64,000 nt of DNA from Owenia fusiformis. Taxonomy: Eukaryota. Each line of letters opens with the position of its first letter. The stretch's first letter is position 1. The DNA lies in the NCBI GenBank assembly GCA_903813345.2, contig CAIIXF020000001.1:19344001-19408000 (forward strand), given 5' to 3'. Position numbers and translations under genes: made by a program. Under the pieces are notes generated by a model. That model was not told the DNA's origin. It saw nothing but the letters and a program-made list of their open reading frames with translations, and did no database searches. Below, in pieces: positions 1-10,900 of the stretch.

Positions 1-102
1 TATATTAATTTGTATTATTTATATATTTGTATTAGTGTATATTTCTAAAATATAAAACAAAGTGTTAATTGGAGTGTAAATCTAAAATCTTTTTCATTGT
101 AG

Positions 103-1268
103 GCGAATTTTCTAAATCTTCTCCATGCCCCACATCTTTTGGTGTCAAAACATGCGGTAGCAAGATCCAGATAAGAAAATGTACAAATCCCAAAAATGAC
201 TTGCAATTACAACGCAATACTGAACTGAACATTGATAACTGTCCTCCTGAGTCCCCTGCCCAATGTCCACAACCAGGGGTTGCTAGAACTGAAAAAGCTC
301 AAATCATTCTAGGTGGAAATGAGGTGACTCCACCATTCAATTATCGATGGATGGCTATATTTTTGGATAATAAGGGAAATCTTCATTGTGCCGGCACGGT
401 TCTTAGTCCAAGCCATATATTAACAGCAGCACATTGTTTCACTGATTTGCAAATGCCACTATCTTCCTTTAAAAGGTTAATCACAGTCAAAACTGGCAAA
501 CATGATATACCAAAAGAGGAACCTTATGAACAAATAAGAAAAATTAAAAATGTGTCTGTTAATAAGGATTTTGACTCATTGAATAATGATATTGCTATAG
601 TTACCCTTGATTCACCACTTCAGTTTAATGAATACACGCAACCAATTAATCTTCCTCAAACTGCTAGCTTTGATGCACAAACCGTGAAGAAATTACGGAA
701 AGGTCTGTGTAAAGTTGTTGGATGGGGCGTTCACGATGCATCAAATCTTTTTCAGTACTCAGATATTTTAAGGAATGTAGAAATCAATCTTCAAAGAAAT
801 TGTACTCTAAACTCAGTATCTGATAGAGAAAAAGTGACAGACAATATGTTCTGTGCTTCTGCTAAAAACCCAAATAAGACCCATGGGCCCATAAGATTTG
901 ATTCATGTTTTGGTGATTCTGGGGGACCCTTAATGTGTCGTGTAACAGACAAATGGTATCAGCATGGTATAGTAAGCTGGGGACCTTCCTTTTCATGTGG
1001 GGAACAATCTGGGGTATATACCAAGGTAGCTAACTATATAGATTGGATCAACAATGAAATTTCCACTCCTGGGGGCTGGGGAGAATTCAGTGGGTATTCC
1101 CCATGTTCAGCAACTTGCGGAAAGGGGATCAAGTCTCGGGTAAAAGTGTGTACAAACCCAGAACCCATTGGCAATGGAGTATGTTCTGACTATAACTTTG
1201 TGACAGCTGATGGTAAAATGGTGTACATAGAAGATGAGGAATGCATCTCTTCAGCTGCATGTGTTTGA
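103..1268 (+). CDS. Terminal exon of a trypsin-family (S1A) serine protease flanked by thrombospondin type-1 repeats; 5' partial
   Basis: Acceptor ttttcattgtAG at 101-102. ILGG mature N-terminus, TAAHC, NDIA and DSCFGDSGGP (catalytic triad intact, Asp189). TSP1-like segments before (GEFSKSSPCPTSFG..RKCTNP) and after (GGWGEFSGYSPCSATCGKGIKSRVKVCTNP) the protease domain. Stop at 1266-1268. Confidence 0.92.
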
Positions 1269-1337
1269 TCTCCAGAGACTCAGAGCACAGAATGGCAACA
1301 GAAACTGAATCTATCATGTACATGAATCTACAGTTGA

Positions 1338-1343
1338 AATAAA
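1338..1343 (+). promoter_or_regulatory. Putative polyadenylation signal of the protease gene
   Basis: AATAAA about 70 nt after the stop, with GT-rich sequence downstream (~1385-1403). Confidence 0.55.
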
Positions 1344-1956
1344 ATACATTCTGTACTAATTACATGTATAAGCAATATTTTCTCATGTTGGTTGCCGGTG
1401 TGTATAATATTATCTTCCTGTGAGTCAGCATCAAACCTTACCCTTTCAATTTTTTTAGGTCCTTAGTAATACATTGGACCTGTACATTTCTGACATTTTT
1501 GGAAAGGTTTGGTAATTTCAAATCCCAAATTAGGTTGCAAATATGGATAAAATTTTGAAAAAAAATTCATGAATTCTTGAAACAATTTGATTTCCTCTTT
1601 GAAACCAATCTCATTAACTCAAAATTGGGACAAAAATTCATCTGAAAACAAGTTGCAGCAAAAACAGAAATAACTCCTACTTTTGTCCCTCCTTCCTAGT
1701 TGAGAAAACCCATTTTAAAACTTAATGTCTCGGTGACCTACATTTTTGGCCCACTTGGTTTCTCCCGACAATTCTTGAAACCAAATATGAGGGCATGGCC
1801 AGAGTTGAATCAATGGGGCAAAATTGAGTTCAAGGGAAACATATTATTGTAAGGCTTCATTTTCATAGTTTTCATAAGAAAAACATACAAATTCACATTT
1901 TTGAGAAATTTGATGGCTATAAGCCTAAGAAGGAATAATATATTTGTATAACATAC

Positions 1957-4900
1957 CTTTGGTTTGTCGTCCTCTGGTTCATACTTAGGAAGGTGATCAT
2001 ATGCAAGGCCTGTTTCAAGGAGAGAGTTAACTTTAGTGCGGACCCAAGTTGCTTCTCCCGTGACATCCTTTGTGATGTAGCCATTCTGGATCAAATGAAA
2101 TAATTTGCATGTGTAAAGTGTAACAATTGTTACAGAAGCCAAGGTAAATGAAGTACACAATATTTTTGTGAGTGTATGTACCATTATACAATTATCATAG
2201 ATGAATAAATACCTGGAGCACAACGCTCCTGTTTCAATAGAACTGTTTCAATAAAATACTTCTTTTTTTTGACTGAAGGGATTTATATTATGATATTTTT
2301 ATGAAGCAATAAATATTTCTTAAAAAAAAAAAAAAAAAATACATATAGTCAATAGCAATGGCAATATACCTTTCAAATAGTGTATACCCGGACCCATTTT
2401 GGTAAACAAAGGAAAATAGGTCATATTGGTTAGATTCATGATGCATACTTAGCAGGCAGCAATGTTTGTATACAAATAGAAATAGAAAAATAAGCAACAT
2501 TGTCATCCTATTTATGCCCTGTAATTACATCAATACCAATGTTATTTTCTAACAATTGAGTGTAACGAATAAATATGAAAATTATCTAATATAGGTACTT
2601 CACATAATTTTGATATCATATAAGGAACAGGTAGTCTATAGTGTGTTACAGGGCTGTATAATTGAGTATTTCTGTTCTATTGAAATGATGATACACAGTG
2701 GTATCGAATGAATGAGTTGTGAGTGATTTATGTTTGGGAAACAGGTTTTGAAATTAACATAAACATGGTGGTTGTATTCTATCGAAGAGTTGAGAATGGA
2801 GAACCAGTTTTGAATAATATATGGCATAATAAACTGAATTTATCTATAGCATGTGTGTTAATAAAACTAACTCTTCAGCATTCTCAAGTACAATGTACAT
2901 TGTATATATCTCTAGATGATACCTTAGGGTGCCAGTGGAAGACCCGTTTACCAAGCACGTGTATGTTCCTACTGCTTATATGTGGGGTGGTGACTGGGAG
3001 ATTTAGCAGCTCCATGAACAGCTTTTCTTTTGTTGAAATAGATGGCCCTGAAAACATTAGAATTACAATCAAATATATTTTCAAGTTAAATTAGAATAAT
3101 GATATGAACAATATCATCTAAAATGGACAAACATCTCTTAATTTTACAAACATGGCGTTTAATATGATATTGATAGATATGATGTATTATTGTTTCAAAA
3201 GAAATGTTGAGAATGTTTTCCTTCACTTCTTCATTCTTCATTGAAACAAATATTTAATCTACATGTACTTAGTTGATTGAAGAAGCTTTTCTAAGCAATG
3301 GTAACTGACTCATGACATGACATACTTACATGTACTTCATTGAAGAAGCTTTGCTAAGCAATGGTAACTGACTCATGACATGACATACTTACATGTACTT
3401 CATTGAAGAAACTTTGCTAAGCAATGGTAACTGACTCATGACATGACATACTTACATGTACTTCATTGAAGAAACTTTGCTAAGCAATGGTAACTGACTC
3501 ATGACATGACATACTTACATGTACTTCATTGAAGAAGCTTTGCTAACCCCCCTATCACACCAAACTAGTTCTTACCCGTTCTTGCCAGTCCTACGAAAAC
3601 GTCGTAAAACGGGCTCAATCTGGCTGTGGTCGGGAAATATGTCTGAAATAATTAGCTTCTTCGTTCTTAAACAGTCTTCAAAACGTCCATCTCGTTCGCA
3701 GTTCGTTCAGGTCGCACCACGTCGGTGTGCAACGTCGTAGAATGCGTCCCTTGGTCTAGAAGGTCAACATGACCTGATTACAGAACGGTATGGTCGCCAT
3801 CGTATTTGGAATCGATTCAAAACTCTAAAATCACATTCCCGTCTGAGAACGTTCATAAAGTTCGTAAATAGACCTTAGAAAGTTGCAGCTACATTCTTTC
3901 TGTTCGCACACAGTTTAAAACCAGTTTTGAAGAACGCAGTGGCAACTTTTTGGTATGATAGCTATATTTTTGCTAACTCGTTCATAAGCAGTGTTAAATA
4001 CGTTCTTAATCAGTTTAAACCCGTTTGCAATTAGTTCTACCTCGTTCTCAACACGTCCTCAGACAGCTCAACTCGTTGTTAAAACGTCCCTAGTAGGATT
4101 GAAGTACGACGGTTCCGTTCGTAGTACGTCCAGCTCGTATTTAGTACGTTGTCACTCGTTCTAATTGTAGAGCGTGACGACCACGAGAACATTTTGAGCA
4201 TTGTCTCAGTTCTAGAGGACCTACCCGTTCGAGTACGTTCGATGAAGTTTGTAAATAGATCCCAAACGGTTCTTAGTAGGTCCAGTCCGTTCGTACACAG
4301 TAACTGACTCATGACATGACATACTTACATGTACTTCATTGAAGAAGCTTTGCTAAGCAATGGTAACTGACTCATGACATGACATACTTACATGTACTTC
4401 ATTGAAGAAACTTTGCTAGGCAATGGTAACTGACTCATAACATGACATACTTACATGTACTTCATTGAAGAAGCTTTGTTAAGCAATGGTAACTGACTCA
4501 TGACATGACATACTTACTTGTATTTCATTGAAGAAGCTTTTTTAAGCAATGGTAACTGACTCATGACATGACATACTTACTTGCACTTCATTGAAGAAGC
4601 TTTGCTAAGCAATGGTAACTGACTCGTGACATGACATACTTACTTGTACTTCATTAAGGAAGCTTTGCTAAGCAATGGTAACTGACTCATGACATGACAT
4701 ACTTACATGTACTTCATTGAAGAAGCTTTGCTAAGCAATGGTAACTGACTCATCATATGACATACTTACATGTACTTCATTGAAAAAGCATTTCTCTAGT
4801 TCCTGACTAATATATGATCTAGTCTACTTATTTGACTAAAGGAGCATTGCTATGGTAACTGATTCATGATCTGGTATATTTTATTAGCTAAATGAGCATT

Positions 4901-7900
4901 GCTATAGTAACTGATTCTTGGAGTATTGATATGGAAGCTGACTCAAAATTTTATATTCACTTGACTGAAGGACCATTGTTATTGCAACTGACTATATACA
5001 TGTTATGGTCTACTTACTTGGCTGAAGGAGCATTGTTTGGTAAGTGACTCACATGACATACCCGGTATGTAATTTCACTGAAAGAGCATTTAGTTGATAT
5101 GGTAACTGACTCAGGATCTCAGTTGATCCAAGGGAAAAATCAATACCCGGTGATTTCAGCAGGAAGTGGCGTTTTGTTCAGTGGACAGCTGCGCATGCAC
5201 GCATAAATGTGATTATCCAATATTATTTAGGGAAGGGCTATTTGAAATAGTTTTGGTCTCAGGCACAACCCAGGGCTGTCAACTTAAGGACATTTCGTTG
5301 AAAATGAGCCATTCGGCTGATAATTGGTAAGAGTTTGCGATCTTATAATGTATAACTGTTACTCAGACACATATTTTGACACCATTCTATTGGAAATAAG
5401 CTTTGAACCGAGAGATATTCACGATTGATATGCACATTTTTGATTGTGCCATTACTTTTCCATTGCACAATCCATGTATTGATAGAAGTAACAATTATGC
5501 AGATTGTTTTATCTTCAATACATGGCGGATACACTACACATCGGTCTATTAAATAACATTTTGTGCCCTAAATAGTTTTATATTTCCATCCACGGCCTGG
5601 AGCCTGGGTGTGTTTGTCTCTTATGTGTATGCTTGTGAATTGGTGGGGGTGGTAGGGCCACCAATCCCCTGGCCCCGTTTCTACTTCCCACTTACTCGAG
5701 TCTCTCAGAGCCAATTACTGGAATTTCCAGGGGCTTGGAAGAAAATAACTGTCCCACCAGGCACCTCTGGGGGTCAAGATTGGATTAGACATTTGAAGTA
5801 AGACTGATCTATGACTGTGGCGGCACGAACCCCCAACCCCCGGGCCTCAACCTACATGTAACATACCTCCGGGCATACCTCACTTACGAACCAGCAAAAG
5901 GGTAAAGTTCGGGGGTAAAGTAAGTATCATGGGGGGAATCACAATCAAAATTTCAGAATGATCAATCAGGCAAGTTATAACATTATATGATATTCAGCAA
6001 GAAGTCCGGTAGAAATATAAATTATTTAAACATCAAAGGTGAAAGCTAATCTGTCAATTTTCTGTCTGCAAAACAACCTTTACATTTGATACAATAATAG
6101 ACTGAGGCTTTGAAATCTAGGATTCCCCAGGAAAATATGACGTCATACTAATTAGCATAAGGAATTCCCTAGTGGTCTGGGTCGAACTTCGTTTCAAAAC
6201 ACAATCCGTAAATACATGCTAATTTCTAAGGAGATAGGAAGTGTATAACATGTTTATCGGTTTTGTTTAAAGATTTAATCAATTATCAAACTGGTTAAGT
6301 GGATAAAGTGGTCATACTTGCTTCAATTCATAGCGTAATCGATGGATAGAAACTGCACCGAATTCCCGATATCCTACCCCATATTACTGTAGGCTATTAA
6401 GCACAGTGACATGCAGAGAGCGCTATCACAAACAAGTACTGCACGAACCGATAAATTCCCGGGTATTGTAACGCCCTTGGTTGATCCACTCACCTAACTG
6501 TAACAGTGTTGATATGGTAACTGTCTCCACTCACCTAACTGTAACAGTGTTGATATGGTAACTGTCTCCACTCAACTAACTGTAACAGTGTTGATATGGT
6601 AACTGTCTCCACTCACCTAACTGTAACAGTGTTGATATGGTAACTGTCTCCACTCACCTAACTGTAACAGTGTTGATATGTTAACTGTCTCCACTCACCT
6701 AACTGTAACAGTGTTGATATGGTAACTGTCTCCACTCACCTAACTGTAACAGTGTTGATATGGTAACTGTCTCCACTCACCTAACTGTAACAGTGTTGAT
6801 ATGGTAACTGTCTCCACTCACCTAACTGTAACAGTGTTGATATGGTAACTGTCTCCACTCACCTAACTGTAACAGTGTTGATATGGTAACTGTCTCCACT
6901 CACCTAACTGTAACAGTGTTGATATGGTAACTGTCTCCAAATTAACAGGTGACAAAAATCGCAGATTGTCTTGGAATTGAATTGTAACATTGTCTGTAGC
7001 ATTGCTGAATTTCAAATAACACTCCTAGAAAACAGAATTCAATTGCCATCAATAAGTAGGTCTACACTAAAATTCCAATTTTATAGACATGAATATTGCA
7101 TCGCTATCATTGCTTTTCTTACAATTAGTAGTGATAATCCAAACTTTTATAGTCAAATCGCCAAATCTGTTCTTCATGCATGAAATTTATGAGAAAACAA
7201 ACCTGTTCTCTCTCTACCAAGGCAAAACACACAGCCTCTGGAAGTACCCTTATACCCCTAATGACCTCTATCTGCATAATCATTTCTGGATTGTTCCAGT
7301 ACGGAGGACCTGCAACAATCCTCTTGACTCCGCACTTCAGGCCTGCTACAGTACACACCTTGTGCGATAAGTCTGCAAGGCTATCCCACGATTCTGTGAA
7401 AAATTGTTTCTGAAAGCATGCATGAAGTTTTCTTATTTTCTTACAGGAACTGAATTTCCATCAACCTCTTGCAACTTTTCTTTATTTTATGTGGACAAGA
7501 ATTTGTAAAAGGACACTTTGTATAACCTAGGAATCACCCCTGCATATATCAAATTATATCCCACCTTTTTATTAGAAATTGTTTCTTCATTGATATTCAA
7601 TATGTAAGTCTGCATGGAGAGTGACACCAGTCTACCAAGGAGTTCCTCTAGCTCATGTGGCAGTAAATCTCCAACCATCTGCTCTAGGTTACTGATAAAC
7701 ATTGTTCCAAATAGTACCTGTAAAGTACTTATAAATAAAAACAAATCCTCTCATTTTTAATTCTCTTTCCATGTACAGTACATATATCTCTAGTCTAAAA
7801 TGAAAAACATCCATAAATTCTAAAAAGATGGGTCACGCAAGAATTTCTTGAAAATTATTCAAATGGGGAGATAACAATACAATGCTAGAGAGATGAATGA

Positions 7901-10900
7901 TGAATTTAAACAGAAAAACACTATGCTAGGATTAGGCGTTTCATTAAAGGGACTTTGTGTTACTTGATAGTCATTATAAAGTGACTTTGTGTTACCTGAT
8001 GGTCATTATAAAGTGACTTTGTGTTACTTGATAGTCATTATAAAGTGACTTTGTGTTACCTGATGGTCATTATAAAGTGACTCTGTGTTACCTGATAGTC
8101 ATTATAAAGTGACTTTGTGTTACCTGATAGTCGACTTTGCGTTACCTGATAGTCATTGGAGAGGTTAAGCAAATACGGTTTTTCAAAACGTATACGTAAA
8201 CGCAAAGTACATTGAATCAATATAGGATTGTATCGCTTTAGTCTACTTCAGATACCCGTTCAACTTCAAAGTTGCGTGTTTAGAACGGGAGATTTTAAAT
8301 TTTCACGTTGCTATCAACGGGAATCATTATACTCATGTCTGTTGAATACTATCCTTGGAATTTTGATTTCGATGCAAAGTATAATTCTTTCTGAAGAAGA
8401 TGATGTATGTTACGCATGATTTAACTCCAATAATCTTACGAAACGAGCTCGTTTAAAATATGTATTAGAAAACCAGCTATTGAACTTCATCAATGGGATA
8501 CTATGTAATCATTACAAGCTATGGTGTAGTCTAAACAAACACTAGAGCTGAACGGCTATTTATGTGTGAACTCTACATGTATTTGTATAGGGCCGATTGA
8601 TACGTTTAAGTTGCGTTTTGGATTTTATACGGTAGCTTAACCTCTCCATTATAAAGTGACTTTGCGTTACTTGATAGTCATTATAAAGTGACTTTGTGTT
8701 ACCTGATAGTTGACTTTGCGTTACCTGATAGTCATTATAAAGTGACTTTGTGTTACCTGATAGTCATTATAAAGTGACTCTGCAGCCAAGACAAGCTGTT
8801 CTAACGTAAGCATCCCTGTGTGAAGATTCACTACTGCCTTAGCTTCAAAACAATCATTTATCTCTGAATCTGAAACAGTGAAAGTTAAGTCACACATTAC
8901 TGCTACATTCATAGTGAATTTAAACTACTGCTTTTTGCCATTATGTGCTTCTTACATGAAATATCAAGATCAAGATAGCAACAATGCTACAATTTACAAT
9001 GAACTTTCAAGCAAGAAAATCACATTTGTGTATATATGTATTTACTAAACCGTCTCTGGTTTCATTAGATTAAATACATCTTTAACTCACAATTTGGAAA
9101 AACTGCTCAACCTGGATATAGATACAATACATAAAGATGCACTGGCCATAAAAAATATAGGATAACTAGACAACAGCAACGCCATAGCGCAGCAAATCCC
9201 ATCGAACAGCCATGGCTGGCATATTTACAAACAAAGTATATAGCAAAAATGTCAGCCATTCTTACATACAGATGCACTGACCATAAAGATATAGGATAAA
9301 TATGCAAGTGAAGGGTATTGCTCAATTAAAGGGGATAAACATGATACAATTCACTGTACATACCTGGCATGTTGACTAATATAATTGTAGTATTCTCCAA
9401 TGCAACAGCAGCCTGATAAGCTGTGTGACCAGTGCCTATTTCTATAATACTTCCATCATACAGGTGGTTCTTCAGCTCCTTAAACTTCCCATGGCCAATT
9501 TGAGCCACACAGTCTTTAGCTATGGGGGCCCTCTCTAGAAATAGTTTGCTAACATATATCAAGTGAGTGCATGGGCAAAGTACATATATGTTGGGTTGGG
9601 GCCGAGGGTTGGGTGGAGATTGTTTCACAGAGCTCAAACAGCAAAGAAGGACAGCAATTGTACTGGATATACTGCATCTACATGTACATCTATCACTATA
9701 CTAATTAATGTTCTATTTTTCAGCAACACAATTACTTTTTTTACTCAAGGCAAAATTGAAATATAATTTAGAATGACAATTATTCCAAATCAACCTCTGA
9801 TTACATAAACTCTTCATCTTTCAATGGTGTAGCGTGGGTATTTTGTGAGCAAGTGAGTGGTAAATTTGAAAATTAGATTGTGTTTAAAGTCTTTTGGGGC
9901 ATTTTCAAATACGAAATTTCGACTAATGGAGTAATAAAACGTAAATAATTGGCCATACATGTATTTCAGAATATCCAGTTTTGTATTATTGTTAACTGTA
10001 AAACAAACCTTTATATGGCAGACTCCCATCTTTAACTGCAGACAAAAGTCTTTTTGTGACACTGACTTTGGATGGTACATTTTCTATTAATTTGTTATGT
10101 CGCTGGAAGAAAAGAAAAAAAGAAATACTATTGTAATGACCTTTGATAGCAAGTCGCTACTACAGTCTCAGCTGTAGTGGCATCCCTTCTGCTCAGGAGT
10201 AGACCATCTGATTCGAGAGCAGAAGATCCTGGGTTCAATCCAATGCTGGACATTGAATTTCTACCCTTCAGCTCAGGAGTAGAGCATCTGGTTCAAGAGT
10301 GGAAGATCCTGGGTTCAAATGCTGGGCATTGAATTTAGCACACTCTCTTTTGAGTCAAGTATCTGGCTCGGTACACTCCAGCTCCTCGATGGATGGGCCC
10401 AGGGGTCATTAGTCTATGTTTAAAATATATTTTAATCATAGCTTCTATACAGATGGCAGGATGCTGTTAGGCTATATTGCAATTTACAGTCAGTCAATAT
10501 ACTATATCTAGTACATGTTCAATCCAAGCAATATCACAATATCAAAAGATATTGAAGATGTCACTATCAGCTTAGAAATTAATCCTGGTTTATCATGGCT
10601 TCTATATAGTATTCATATAACAGATGGTTTAAATTTTCCATGAAACGAAAGGAGTTTACGGCGGGGGTATACTAGAAATTCACAAGAGGTAATTATGAGG
10701 TTAACTATGATAATTGCTTTATCCTCTCAGTTATGTCCAAATGAGGTCATTACTCATTAGAGGTTTCATATTTAGAAATGTTTTTTGAGGAATTTTTGTG
10801 AAGATATTCTTGCACTTTATATAACTCTGCATTCTACCCTTTCTTCATATGGGAGCATTGTGGATGAGCATCGAGCATGAACCCATGCATCGAAATACTA

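Noticed and set aside
1464-1642. Minus-strand frame VNEIGFKEEIK...CQKCTGPMYY preceded by an in-frame TGA (possible selenocysteine or exon)
   Set aside because: Phase is incompatible with the upstream donor at 1956, no SECIS was recognised, and chance is likely.
3265-8780. Regular direct repeats resembling CRISPR arrays
   Set aside because: Units are head-to-tail with no unique spacers, there are no cas genes, and the context is eukaryotic introns.
10184-10336. Functional tRNA genes
   Set aside because: A/B boxes are present but the acceptor and T stems do not pair, so this was recorded as a tRNA-derived repeat.
10344-10464. Possible extra gene A exon (HPAIC...RARYLTQKR)
   Set aside because: Weak donor (A|GTGTGC) and not needed for frame continuity. 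It cannot be supported without transcripts.
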